A stretch of DNA of 58,554 nucleotides, from positions 1 through 58,554 of the forward strand of contig CAZPDF010000007.1 in the NCBI GenBank assembly GCA_964585475.1, read 5' to 3'. The notes under the pieces are model-generated. The model worked only from the letters and a program-made list of their open reading frames with translations. It was not told where the DNA came from and did not search any database. The translations under genes and the position numbers were made by a program. Numbering within the stretch: position 1 is the first letter of the stretch; the number at the start of each line of letters is the position of its first letter. Origin of the DNA: an uncultured Candidatus Saccharibacteria bacterium (GTDB lineage Bacteria > Patescibacteriota > Minisyncoccia > Sungbacterales > HO2-52-23). Below are positions 18,173 to 27,508 of this stretch, piece after piece.

Positions 18173-19495
18173 ATGTCAAATAGTATGAGAATTATCGCCG
18201 ATTTTCATATTCATTCGCCTTACGCTCGCGCGGTTTCCAAGGAGATGACCCTGGAGAATTTGGATTACTGGGCGAAGTTAAAGGGAATTGCCGTTATGGG
18301 CACGGGAGATTTTACGCACCCCAAATGGATTAGTGAAATAAAATCAAAACTAGAACCGGCGGAACGGGGTCTTTATAAATTGAAAGATTCTATAGGGAAA
18401 AGTCCTCGACAAGGCTCGGACAATAAATATTTATCCTTCGAGCGAAGTCGAGAAGATACCACTCGATTTATTCTCACCGTTGAAATTTCCTCCATTTACT
18501 CGAAAGGCGGCAAGGGGAGGAGGGTTCATAATTTGATTTTTGCGCCCTCCATTGAAACTGCGGAAAAAATAAATGCGCAACTAGGGATTCGCGGAAACCT
18601 GAAGTCGGACGGAAGGCCCATTGTGGGAGTTGATTCAAAAGAGCTTCTTAAGATGGTTTTGGATATTGACCCAAATTGTCTTTTTGTGCCGGCCCATGTC
18701 TGGACGCCCTGGTTCTCGATTTTCGGCTCGATGTCGGGCTTCAATTCGGTGGAGGAGTGCTTCGATGAGTACTCAAAATATATTTATGCATTGGAAACCG
18801 GACTTTCGTCGGACCCGGCCATGAACTGGCGTCTATCGGCACTTGATAAGTACACGCTCATTTCTAACTCCGACAGCCATTCCCTGCGTCGTATCGGCAG
18901 AGAGGCCAATGTATTTGATACCGAATTGTCATATGCTGGGATCATCACTGCGATAAAAAAGAAAGATCCTAAACAATTTCTTTCTACCATAGAGTTTTTC
19001 CCCGAGGAGGGAATTTATCACTATGACGGGCACCGCAACTGCAAAGTTCGCTTGAGGCCGGAGGAAACCAAAAAGCTAAATAAGATTTGTCCGAACTGCG
19101 GGAAGCCGGTGACAGTAGGCGTTATGTATCGAGTGGACGAACTCGCCGACCGGCCGGAAGGATTCCAGCCCGCGGGTGCCATACCATATAAAAATATGGT
19201 GCCGCTGGATGAAATAATTGCGGAAGCCCTGGGCGTGGCCTCGGCCACGACCAAAGGCGTACAGCAAGAGTATCGGGGATTGACTAATTCCCTCGGCGGC
19301 GAAATGTATGTTCTTTTTGATGCATCAAGATCCGACCTTGAAGCAGGTACCAGGCCAGAAATTGTTGAGGGAATTATGCGGGTGCGTGAAGGCCGGCTCC
19401 GAATCGTGCCCGGATACGACGGGCTCTACGGAAAAGTGAAAATTTTTGAGGAAGGGGAGCGGAAAGAGATTTCAAAACAGGTCAGTCTATTTTGA
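18173..19495 (+). CDS. Endonuclease Q-like PHP-domain protein
   Basis: N-terminal DFHIHSPYARAVS PHP motif. CPNCGKPVTVGVMYRVDEL zinc ribbon. Confidence 0.65.
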   Translation: MSNSMRIIADFHIHSPYARAVSKEMTLENLDYWAKLKGIAVMGTGDFTHPKWISEIKSKLEPAERGLYKLKDSIGKSPRQGSDNKYLSFERSREDTTRFILTVEISSIYSKGGKGRRVHNLIFAPSIETAEKINAQLGIRGNLKSDGRPIVGVDSKELLKMVLDIDPNCLFVPAHVWTPWFSIFGSMSGFNSVEECFDEYSKYIYALETGLSSDPAMNWRLSALDKYTLISNSDSHSLRRIGREANVFDTELSYAGIITAIKKKDPKQFLSTIEFFPEEGIYHYDGHRNCKVRLRPEETKKLNKICPNCGKPVTVGVMYRVDELADRPEGFQPAGAIPYKNMVPLDEIIAEALGVASATTKGVQQEYRGLTNSLGGEMYVLFDASRSDLEAGTRPEIVEGIMRVREGRLRIVPGYDGLYGKVKIFEEGERKEISKQVSLF

Positions 19496-19537
19496 GGCCC
19501 ACTATTAGCTTATTTAAGCCGATTTCAAGCCGTGCTA

Positions 19538-19566
19538 TTGACAATATACCATGTTGGGTGTATAAT
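19538..19566 (+). promoter_or_regulatory. Consensus sigma70-type promoter
   Basis: TTGACA, 17-nt spacer, TATAAT, about 95 nt upstream of the ATG at 19661. Confidence 0.6.
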
Positions 19567-19660
19567 AGGGTATCGATAGTTTCTGTCTTGACTAGCGCCA
19601 ATCCCTTATGATATCCTTAACAAGCAATATATAAATACTAACTAATTAAATTAAACCAAT

Positions 19661-20434
19661 ATGTTTTCATCTATTTATCGGAAAGGATTGATCATTTTGG
19701 TAGCCGCGCTCTTTACGGCGGCGTTAACCACGGCTGTGAACGCAACGCATTCATGGGGAAGTTATCATTGGGCGCGTACCGCCAACCCATTTACGCTGAA
19801 GCTCGGCGATAACGTTTCGAGCGCGTGGGATTCATATCTTGCGACGGCCTCAAGCGACTGGAGCCTATCGAGCGTTTTGGACACCATAGCCGTTACGGGT
19901 TCCACCGATCCCCGAAAATGCAGGCCCAAAAATGGCAGAGTGGAGGTCTGCAACGCGAAGTATGGCAATAATGGGTGGCTTGGTATTGCGGGCATCTGGG
20001 TGAGTGGAAGCCACATCACGCAGGGATACGTAAAATTGAACGATACCTACTTTAATACTTCCAAATACAATACTCCGGCGTGGAAGAACCTTGTCATGTG
20101 TCAAGAGGTTGGGCACACCTTCGGTCTTGACCATCAGGACGAAAACTTCAACAATGATCCGCTCGGCACCTGCATGGATTATTCAAACGATCCTACATTG
20201 AATCAGCACCCAAACCAACACGATTACGACATGCTCGAGACGATTTATGCGCACCTTGATTCAGGCACCACCGTCGGTCAGTCGGTTTCTTCGCGAGGCA
20301 ACGACGTTGATCACGACAATCCCAGTACTTGGGGCAAGGAACTTCGTAAATCCAAGGACGGGCGCACCTCGCTCTATGAACGCGATTTCGGCAAGGGCCA
20401 CAAGGTATTCACCTTCGTTTTCTGGGCAGAATAA
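19661..20434 (+). CDS. Secreted metzincin-like protein with a variant zinc motif
   Basis: Signal peptide. CQEVGHTFGLDH resembles HExxHxxGxxH but has Gln in place of the first His. Confidence 0.45.
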   Translation: MFSSIYRKGLIILVAALFTAALTTAVNATHSWGSYHWARTANPFTLKLGDNVSSAWDSYLATASSDWSLSSVLDTIAVTGSTDPRKCRPKNGRVEVCNAKYGNNGWLGIAGIWVSGSHITQGYVKLNDTYFNTSKYNTPAWKNLVMCQEVGHTFGLDHQDENFNNDPLGTCMDYSNDPTLNQHPNQHDYDMLETIYAHLDSGTTVGQSVSSRGNDVDHDNPSTWGKELRKSKDGRTSLYERDFGKGHKVFTFVFWAE

Positions 20435-20463
20435 TGTCTATCAAAACAGATCCCTCATAAGCC

Positions 20464-20489
20464 AAAAGCCGCGCGCTCGCGCGGCTTTT
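20464..20489 (+). terminator. Intrinsic terminator
   Basis: AGCCGCGC-gctc-GCGCGGCT followed by TTTT. Confidence 0.6.
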
Positions 20490-20519
20490 GAGTTTTTGTT
20501 ATACTAGATTCTAACCAGT

Positions 20520-21116
20520 ATGCAAGCCATCAATCCAGTTATAAGAATTCTTATCACTTCGGATTTCTTTGTTCTCTCGGGAATCGGTTTTTTTAATCCG
20601 GTACTTGCCATTTTTGTTACTCAACAGGTGCAGGGAGGCGATGCCCAGGTCGCCGGTTTTGCCTGGGCAATTTATTTTGCCATGTGGATTGTCCAGATTC
20701 CCATCGGGAAGTATCTCGATAGAAATCACGGCGATATTGATGATTTTTGGTTTTTACTTACGGGCGCATTTTTTACTGCCGCAGTTCCTTTTTTATACCT
20801 TTTCGCGTCTTTGCCCTGGCACGTGTATCTTCTCCAGGCGCTCCTGGGACTCGGCCGCGGCATAAGTCTTCCGCCCTGGTATGCGCTCTTTACTAGAAGA
20901 ATTGATAAGGCCCATGAGGGGTACGAATGGGGGATGGAGAACGTAGTAGCTGGCATGGGGCTGGCACTCGCGGGGGCGCTGGCCGGGATTATTGTGAAGC
21001 GGTACGGATTTGAGGCGGCTTTTATTTTTGCCGGATTTCTTTCGCTCATCGGATCTTCCGCACTTATCTTTTTAAGGAGACATGCGTATCAGAAGGATTT
21101 TTTCCCCGCTCCATGA
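20520..21116 (+). CDS. Half-size (6-TM) MFS-like membrane protein
   Basis: Six TM helices, with GKYLDR in a loop. The stop overlaps the polX ATG (ATGA). Confidence 0.45.
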   Translation: MQAINPVIRILITSDFFVLSGIGFFNPVLAIFVTQQVQGGDAQVAGFAWAIYFAMWIVQIPIGKYLDRNHGDIDDFWFLLTGAFFTAAVPFLYLFASLPWHVYLLQALLGLGRGISLPPWYALFTRRIDKAHEGYEWGMENVVAGMGLALAGALAGIIVKRYGFEAAFIFAGFLSLIGSSALIFLRRHAYQKDFFPAP

Positions 21117-22894
21117 CCAACCAGGAAATTGCCAAAATTTTGTATGAGATGGCGGTTTTATATGATATGGAGGGTATTCAGTTCAAGCCCCGGGCCTACG
21201 AGAAGGCGGCCCTGGGGGCTGAAGCGCTCGATCAGGAAATAAAGGAAATTTACGGCAAAGGCGGGATAAAAGCCCTTGAAGAAATACCCGGAGTTGGAAG
21301 GGGGATCGCTTTTCATATCGAAGAGCTGTTAAAAAAAGGACACTTTGCCGAACACGATAGATTAAAAAAGAAAGTTCCCGTGAATATCTCGGAACTTACC
21401 GCGGTCGAGGGCGTGGGGCCGCGCATGGTAAAAGCGCTCTGGGAGAAATTAAAAATCCGCAACCTCGTTGATCTTGAGAAAGCGGCGCGCGCCGGGAAGA
21501 TCAGGAAGCTTGAGCGCTTTGGCGAGAAATCCGAGGAGAAAGTTTTAAAAGGGATCGACTTTTTGAAAAAATCCGGAGGCAGACAGATTCTTGGGCATGC
21601 TCTGCCGGATATAAGAAATCTTGAAAAAGTGATTAATTCTTTTCCGGAAGTGGAGCAAGCCATGGTTTGCGGTTCGGTAAGAAGGCGAAAGGAGACAATC
21701 GGAGATATTGATATACTCGCGATCTCAAGTAGGCCGGAGAAAGTAATGGAGCGATTCTTGGGCCTTCCTTTTATTGCGCATGTCTATGGACACGGATCCA
21801 CCAAAACTAATGTCCGTCTGAAAAACGGCTTGGATGCCGATATCCGAGTGGTGCCGGAAGAATCATTCGGCGCGGCAATAAATTATTTCACCGGATCCAA
21901 AGACCACAATATTGCGCTTCGCGAAATTGCGATAAGGAAGGGGTGGAAACTGAATGAGTACGGCCTTTTCCAAGGCGCAGACAGACGCGGACACGAAGGC
22001 AAGCACGGACCGACGCGGACAAAAGATATAATGATTGCTGGTAGGACGGAAGAAGAATTATATGAGAAACTCGGGCTTAGATATATAGAGCCGGAAATGC
22101 GGGAAAATGCGGGTGAGATAGAAGCGGCCCTTCGACAAGCTCAGGGCAAGCCCGGCGGATTGCCGAAACTAATTGGATATGATGACCTCAAGGGAGATTT
22201 ACAGGTCCAGACCGATTGGACCGATGGAGAGGATTCGATTGAGGTAATGGCGCATGCGGCGGAAAAGGCGGGGCTTGAGTATATAGTAATTACGGATCAC
22301 ACCAAATCTTTGGCGATGACCGGAGGATCGGATGAGAAAAAGTTGGCGAAACAAGGAGATTATATTGATAAACTCAACAGAAGCAAGAACTTCAAAATAA
22401 AAATTTTGAAAGGGGCGGAGGTAAATATCGGGAAAGACGGCTCTTTGGACATCGATGACGAGGCGCTCAAAAAATTAGATGTAGTCGGCGCATCGGTGCA
22501 TAGTCATTTCAATTTGTCGAGGGACGAACAAACCCGGCGCGTTATCCGCGCGATGGAAAATCCAAATGTCGATATCATTTTTCATTTGACCGGCCGCCTT
22601 ATTAACCGCCGTGAGCCGATTGACGTAGATATTGATGAGATTATTAAGGCAGCAAAGCACACTGGAACGATTCTGGAGATTAATGCTTTTCCAGACCGCG
22701 CGGATATCAAAGACGAATACATCAGAAAATGCGTGGATGCCGGAGTAAAAATGTCTATTGATTCCGACGCCCACTCCAAAGACCATTTCAAAATTCTGGA
22801 ATTCGGCATAGCGCAGGCGCGACGTGGGTGGGCGGAGAAGAAAGATATTATAAACGCTTGGCCGTTGGAGAAAATGCTGGAATTTTTGAAATGA
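21113..22894 (+). CDS. polX: Family X DNA polymerase with C-terminal PHP domain
   Basis: N-terminal NQEIAKILYEMAVLYDMEG..KPRAYEKAA, GSVRRRKETIGDIDIL palm motif, and a PHP domain (ITDHT..HSH..DSDAH). Confidence 0.85.
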   Translation: MTNQEIAKILYEMAVLYDMEGIQFKPRAYEKAALGAEALDQEIKEIYGKGGIKALEEIPGVGRGIAFHIEELLKKGHFAEHDRLKKKVPVNISELTAVEGVGPRMVKALWEKLKIRNLVDLEKAARAGKIRKLERFGEKSEEKVLKGIDFLKKSGGRQILGHALPDIRNLEKVINSFPEVEQAMVCGSVRRRKETIGDIDILAISSRPEKVMERFLGLPFIAHVYGHGSTKTNVRLKNGLDADIRVVPEESFGAAINYFTGSKDHNIALREIAIRKGWKLNEYGLFQGADRRGHEGKHGPTRTKDIMIAGRTEEELYEKLGLRYIEPEMRENAGEIEAALRQAQGKPGGLPKLIGYDDLKGDLQVQTDWTDGEDSIEVMAHAAEKAGLEYIVITDHTKSLAMTGGSDEKKLAKQGDYIDKLNRSKNFKIKILKGAEVNIGKDGSLDIDDEALKKLDVVGASVHSHFNLSRDEQTRRVIRAMENPNVDIIFHLTGRLINRREPIDVDIDEIIKAAKHTGTILEINAFPDRADIKDEYIRKCVDAGVKMSIDSDAHSKDHFKILEFGIAQARRGWAEKKDIINAWPLEKMLEFLK

Positions 22895-22899
22895 AAAAA

Positions 22900-22916
22900 G
22901 TGAGGCCGGGCCTCAC
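22900..22916. terminator. Bidirectional hairpin between convergent genes
   Basis: GTGAGG-ccggg-CCTCAC. Confidence 0.45.
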
Positions 22917-23332
22917 TTGGGCATTAATTCCTTTACACATTCTCGAAGGAACGTGAGTTCCTCATCGGAGTAGTAGAGATCGCCTACGGGAAGTTTTGCA
23001 AGTTCTGCCGAAGTAGTATCTTTGCGGAGCTTCCAGACGCCATTTACCAAAAAGAAATGCGATGATTCTGTGTCCCCATCCGTAGGGAGCACCGACAGAG
23101 AGAGGTCTTTACCGTTTCGGCCAAAGATGTTTACCCGCCAACCCTCACCCTTGTTGATAAAGATCTGCGTATGAACTACTGTGCCGGGAGCACTGCGTGC
23201 GCAGGTAATTTGTATGGGCGCCTTTTTGAAATGGGGGATGGCATTATGGAGCGGTACGTCTTTTGAGTAAGCGGGCTGTACGAGCAGCAGGGCCAGAGAC
23301 AGTGCAGTTAGCATTGTAATCAATCCTCGCAT
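22913..23332 (-). CDS. Hypothetical secreted protein
   Basis: Signal peptide, no recognised motif. Confidence 0.5.
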   Translation of the reverse strand: MRGLITMLTALSLALLLVQPAYSKDVPLHNAIPHFKKAPIQITCARSAPGTVVHTQIFINKGEGWRVNIFGRNGKDLSLSVLPTDGDTESSHFFLVNGVWKLRKDTTSAELAKLPVGDLYYSDEELTFLRECVKELMPK

Positions 23333-23469
23333 AAAATATCTCCACCCGATAACCCTCTAAATCCTACTCTTTAATTATTCAAAGGTCAAGTGAGATGCCC
23401 GTTGAACGCTCCGCAGGAATGGCATTTATATACTTGCATTGTGGCTGAAGTGTATGCTATACTGGCGGT

Positions 23470-23673
23470 ATGGATACGGTAACTTTACCCAAAAGAGAAT
23501 ATGAGAAATTGCTAGAAACGAGGAGGTCCGCCCACGTTAAATTTTGGTTGCCCGCAGGAAACGGCAGAAAAAAAAGGTTTATAGATGCGGCTTTTGGGAT
23601 ACTCAGAAGGGGCTTTGGTAAAAAGTCGTCCACTTTTTACGTATCTAAGACAAGAAAAACATGGAGAACTTAG
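23470..23673 (+). CDS. Putative antitoxin of a VapBC-like pair
   Basis: 67-aa ORF overlapping the PIN gene by 13 nt. Confidence 0.45.
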   Translation: MDTVTLPKREYEKLLETRRSAHVKFWLPAGNGRKKRFIDAAFGILRRGFGKKSSTFYVSKTRKTWRT

Positions 23674-24050
23674 GGGGCTATTGTATTGATTCCGAGATTC
23701 TTATTGATTATCTCCGCGGCATTAAAGATGCCCGCGCTTTTTTGTTGCGCGAGAGCAATAGGGCGCCTTTATATATAAGCGTGGTAAGCATTGCAGAAAT
23801 TTACTCCGGCCAGGATACAAAGGATCCAAAGAAAAGAGAACAAATTGAGAAATTTCTACAGAGTTTCACGGTGATAGACGTAGGTCAGATTATCGCCGTC
23901 CGGGCGGGCAAAATAAGACGCGACCAGGGGAAGCCGTTTGCCGACGCCATAGTTGCCGCAAGCGCCGTTTTCTATCGACTGAAACTTGCCACAAGAAATA
24001 CGAAACACTTCCGTTCAGTGAAGGACTTGGAGGTGTTCCGTCCCTACTAA
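23661..24050 (+). CDS. vapC: PIN-domain toxin (VapC-like)
   Basis: Acidic residues at IDSEILID and ADAIVAA, and the ATRNTKHF motif. Confidence 0.7.
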   Translation: MENLGGYCIDSEILIDYLRGIKDARAFLLRESNRAPLYISVVSIAEIYSGQDTKDPKKREQIEKFLQSFTVIDVGQIIAVRAGKIRRDQGKPFADAIVAASAVFYRLKLATRNTKHFRSVKDLEVFRPY

Positions 24051-24497
24051 ATGCCGGTTGAGCGTTCAGCGGGAATAATAATTTTTCGAAACACCTCCGA
24101 GGGGAGGAAATATTTGGTTATCCGCTCTTCTTATCACGGGAAAGACGGAAAGCATAATTTCTGGGATTTCCCGAAAGGGCTTCTGGAAAAAGGTGAAGAG
24201 GGCATTGGTGCGGCAAAAAGGGAGGCGGTGGAGGAAGCCGGGATCAAGGACTTTGAACTTGTTCCGGAGTTTAAAGAAACGGTGCGATATTTTACGCGTA
24301 GGTCTCCGGAGCCCAAAGCCGTTATGAAATTTGTTGCCATGTTTCTTGCCGAAACCAAAGTTGATCAAGTAAAACTTTCCTGGGAGCATGACGCCTATGA
24401 GTGGCTCGCGTACGAGGCGGCGCACGAGAGGATAACGGTTCTGCAAATGAAATCGGCGCTGGATAGCGCCGAAAACTTCTTAAGCCGGGTCGTCTAA
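24051..24497 (+). CDS. Nudix hydrolase
   Basis: Nudix box GLLEKGEEGIGAAKREAVEEAGI. Confidence 0.8.
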   Translation: MPVERSAGIIIFRNTSEGRKYLVIRSSYHGKDGKHNFWDFPKGLLEKGEEGIGAAKREAVEEAGIKDFELVPEFKETVRYFTRRSPEPKAVMKFVAMFLAETKVDQVKLSWEHDAYEWLAYEAAHERITVLQMKSALDSAENFLSRVV

Positions 24498-24506
24498 TCA
24501 CCGAGA

Positions 24507-25037
24507 CTAAAAACCAATAATGCAGGTTTGGATTAGTTCGTTATAGTACGGCGAGATATCGAGAAGGGTCTCATATAGATTTTGCAGGTCTCCTAGTGTA
24601 AGGTCCTGGTCTGGCACCACCTTCTTTTTCAAAAAAATCTGAATTTCTTTAAGCTTTTTATCTTTCAACTCGGTCAGCTCGAGGAAAAATTCGTTGAAGG
24701 TTCGCGGAATTTTTTCGCCGGTCGTTGCATCAATTCCTGCGCCGTCGTATATTGTAAGGGTGAGCGGGCTATCCCTCCGGTGTATGACAAGCTCCATTTT
24801 AATGTCGTTAAATAGAAGATCCTCGTCTGTATTTGCAACCGGCCGTTGAACGAACAGAATTAGATCAAGTTCCCGGGATTTGCACTCTTTGGCTTTCTGA
24901 TAGTATAGGGCATCAAGCTTCAGTCTCTCCGGGTCTAGCAAAAGAAAGGGAATGGATTTTAAAATCCAACCGCACCCCGATAGTATGAGTGCCATGGCGG
25001 CAATCGCAAGAAATTTTCGCACGAGTGCCTCCCCCAA
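24507..25037 (-). CDS. Putative lipoprotein
   Basis: Signal peptide with the LILSGC lipobox. Confidence 0.5.
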   Translation of the reverse strand: MGEALVRKFLAIAAMALILSGCGWILKSIPFLLLDPERLKLDALYYQKAKECKSRELDLILFVQRPVANTDEDLLFNDIKMELVIHRRDSPLTLTIYDGAGIDATTGEKIPRTFNEFFLELTELKDKKLKEIQIFLKKKVVPDQDLTLGDLQNLYETLLDISPYYNELIQTCIIGF

Positions 25038-25042
25038 GTATT

Positions 25043-25387
25043 ATGAACTCTTTACATCATATCATGTTCGGGACAATGGTTAAAAGTTCTCTCTTTCAAA
25101 GAAAAGTGTGGCGGAAAACAAAATCGATTCCCAGGGGCCGGGTTATAACCTATGCTGTTCTAGCCCGCGCCGTTGGCAAGCCCCGCGCGGCTCGCGCGGT
25201 CGGGAATGCGTTGCACAGCAATCCTTACCGCACGACGCCCTGCCACCGGGTTGTTCTTTCCGACGGACGAGTTGGCGGATATTTAGGCGGAATCCATAAA
25301 AAGATTGACGTGCTCAAAAATGAAGGCGTAGAGATTTTTCGCGGAAGAGTTAAGCCGCGCTACATCCTTTCGCGCCTATCACGATAA
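25043..25387 (+). CDS. ogt: Methylated-DNA-protein-cysteine methyltransferase (MGMT/Ogt-like)
   Basis: IPRGRVITY..PCHRVV active site. ATG 25043 chosen to avoid overlap with the divergent gene. Confidence 0.75.
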   Translation: MNSLHHIMFGTMVKSSLFQRKVWRKTKSIPRGRVITYAVLARAVGKPRAARAVGNALHSNPYRTTPCHRVVLSDGRVGGYLGGIHKKIDVLKNEGVEIFRGRVKPRYILSRLSR

Positions 25388-25389
25388 AA

Positions 25390-26127
25390 ATGCTTTTTTT
25401 GTATATATTTCTTGCCTCTCTTGCCGAAAGCATCGTTTCTTTTTCCGGTGCGGCTCTAGTCATTTTGGGAGCGGACCGTATCCGCCGCGCAACGCACTTT
25501 ATAGTGAGTTTTGCGATTGGTGCCCTTCTTTCCGTTTCCTTTCTCGAGCTTCTGCCGGAGGCGATTGCGATGAGTTCGGCCGAAGCGGTTCTTCCCTGGG
25601 CGCTGGTTGGCATCATTTTATTTTTTATACTGGAGAAATTTCTTTTTTGGTATCACTGCCACGATGGAGAATGCCCGGTGCATACTTATACTTATCTCAT
25701 CCTCTGGGGGGACTTCCTCCACAATTTAATTGATGGCGTTATTATTGCGCTTGCGTTTCTGGCCGACTTTAAAATCGGCGTATTCACTACAATTGCGGTA
25801 ATTCTTCACGAAATTCCCCAAGAGATAAGCGATTTTGGCATTCTGATGCACGGGGGTTTTTCGCGGCGGCGCGCGCTTAGCTACAATTTTTTGGTTTCCC
25901 TCGCCACTATAATAGGAGCAACGGTTACCTACATGGTCGGTGGCATTATTGAGCCCTTTTTACCCTTAGCGCTTTCTCTCGTTGCCGGGAATTTTATTTA
26001 TCTTGCCGCGGTTGATTTGATGCCCGAACTTCATGAATCGACCGGATTTTTTCACGGAGTGGCGCAGGTTGCATTTATTGTGCTCGGGGCGTTAGTGGTA
26101 ATTTTACCTGAGTTTTTATTTGGATAG
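25390..26127 (+). CDS. ZIP-family metal transporter
   Basis: HEIPQEISDFGIL signature and 7-8 TM helices. Confidence 0.8.
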   Translation: MLFLYIFLASLAESIVSFSGAALVILGADRIRRATHFIVSFAIGALLSVSFLELLPEAIAMSSAEAVLPWALVGIILFFILEKFLFWYHCHDGECPVHTYTYLILWGDFLHNLIDGVIIALAFLADFKIGVFTTIAVILHEIPQEISDFGILMHGGFSRRRALSYNFLVSLATIIGATVTYMVGGIIEPFLPLALSLVAGNFIYLAAVDLMPELHESTGFFHGVAQVAFIVLGALVVILPEFLFG

Positions 26128-26130
26128 AGC

Positions 26131-26177
26131 CGGGGTTTTGATATTCAAAACCCCCCGACTTGAGTCGGGGGGTTTTG
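26131..26177. terminator. Bidirectional terminator (two overlapping hairpins)
   Basis: CAAAACCCCCCGAC-ttga-GTCGGGGGGTTTTG. Confidence 0.6.
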
Positions 26178-26522
26178 TTACTTCGCAACTTCGGCCAACT
26201 TCTGGAATATATGGGGGTGATTTTGGGCAAGCTCGGCCAGTATTTTCCGATCAAGCGCAATGTTTTTTTTCTTGAGGCCAGCGATAAACACGTTATAGGA
26301 AACGCCATGCGAGCGAGCTGCCGCATTTATTTTTATCTGCCACAGTTTCCGGAAATCGCGTTTGCGAATTTTCCTGCCGACGTATGCGTGGGGCCAAGCA
26401 TGCAGAAGCGCTTCGCGAGCGGACCGTTCTTTTGACCGTCTTCCCCACCGGAAGCCCTTTGTATATTTAAGCAGTTTCTCTCTTTTTTTGTGGGCAATTA
26501 CGCCGCGTTTGACTCTAGTCAT
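26178..26522 (-). CDS. rplT: 50S ribosomal protein L20
   Basis: MTRVKRGVIAHKKREKLLKYTKGFRWGRR. Confidence 0.9.
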   Translation of the reverse strand: MTRVKRGVIAHKKREKLLKYTKGFRWGRRSKERSAREALLHAWPHAYVGRKIRKRDFRKLWQIKINAAARSHGVSYNVFIAGLKKKNIALDRKILAELAQNHPHIFQKLAEVAK

Positions 26523-26725
26523 ATCATATATGCTCTTATTTTCTTCTCCTCTGATCTTGAGAAAGCAGTAAACCCCTTATGCCTTAACTGGATTTTTCGA
26601 GACGCCTTGGCATTAAAATGATTATGCCCCGCCGGTCGGCGCAATAGTTTTCCGGTTTTGGTGATTTTTATTCTTTTTAGTACGGCCTTTCTCATAACAG
26701 TTCCTGGTTTCAAGTTGTTAGTCAC
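26519..26725 (-). CDS. rpmI: 50S ribosomal protein L35
   Basis: KITKTGKLLRR..GHNHF. GTG start; an alternative ATG lies 10 codons in, at 26695. Confidence 0.8.
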   Translation of the reverse strand: MTNNLKPGTVMRKAVLKRIKITKTGKLLRRPAGHNHFNAKASRKIQLRHKGFTAFSRSEEKKIRAYMI

Positions 26726-26799
26726 GGTTCTTAGTTATTAGTTTCGGTTTTAGTTTAACGACAACTAAAACTTACAACTATTAACTATAACTAAGAACC
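26726..26799. repeat. Word hairpin in the infC-rpmI spacer (possible L20 operator or leader structure)
   Basis: GGTTCTTAGTTAT (26726-26738) pairs perfectly with ATAACTAAGAACC (26787-26799). Inner GTTTTAGTT/AACTAAAAC pairing. Confidence 0.5.
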
Positions 26800-26811
26800 A
26801 GCAACTAAGAA

Positions 26812-27327
26812 CTATTTTTTGGAAATTACCGCTATAATTCCCTGCGGGAATCTTTTGGGCGGCGCCTCAGTGTTAATTTCCATCGGTATCATTCGCAAGA
26901 ACTCATTGAATTTCTGGAAGGCAAGCGCGGTGTGGGCCTTTTCCCGGCCTCGTAGCCGCATGTCAATCCGTACCTTATCGCCTGCCCCAAGCCATCCTTC
27001 GGCTTTTTGGGCATAGCGCCTTAAGTCGTGTTGCCCGGTGGTGAACCCGATTCTTATGCCCTTTAGTTCAACCTCTTTTTGTTTTTTCCCGTGCTCGCGT
27101 TCGCCTTTCTCGCGCTGGTACTTGAATTTTCCGAAATCCATGATCTTGCAGACCGGTGGGGTTACGGTAGGAGCAATCTCGATTAAATCAAGGCCCCTTT
27201 CTTGGGCAATACGGATCGCCTCGGGGGTTTCCATAACCCCGAGGTTTTGCCCCTTCTCATCCACCACGCGGATAGGCGAGATACGGATGTATTGATTTAT
27301 GCGATAACGTCTTTGGATATGTTTTAT
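26812..27327 (-). CDS. infC: Translation initiation factor IF-3, non-AUG start
   Basis: INQYIRISPIRVVDEKGQNLGV..PPVCKIMDFGKFKYQ. The frame is open upstream of the track GTG to ATA codons at 27298-27300 and 27325-27327. The exact start is uncertain. Confidence 0.8.
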   Translation of the reverse strand: MKHIQRRYRINQYIRISPIRVVDEKGQNLGVMETPEAIRIAQERGLDLIEIAPTVTPPVCKIMDFGKFKYQREKGEREHGKKQKEVELKGIRIGFTTGQHDLRRYAQKAEGWLGAGDKVRIDMRLRGREKAHTALAFQKFNEFLRMIPMEINTEAPPKRFPQGIIAVISKK

Positions 27328-27508
27328 TTAGGCCTTATTGGATGGAGTGTGTAGGGATAAGTGGCAAACTCTAATAGGGCAAATATATGCGGTTGGGAGC
27401 GAAATGTCAACAACAACAACTTTATTGGAAGGTGTGGATAAATAATTTCTTACAAAGTTTGTTCTATGATATTATTCATTTATATAGTTTCAAGTCTCCG
27501 AAACATCA

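Noticed and set aside
21960-22030. A possible repeat insertion in polX (GADRRGHEGKHGPTRTKD, with GACGCGGACA-like direct words).
   Set aside because: It is short, and I cannot show that it is absent from orthologues. It may simply be a variable loop.
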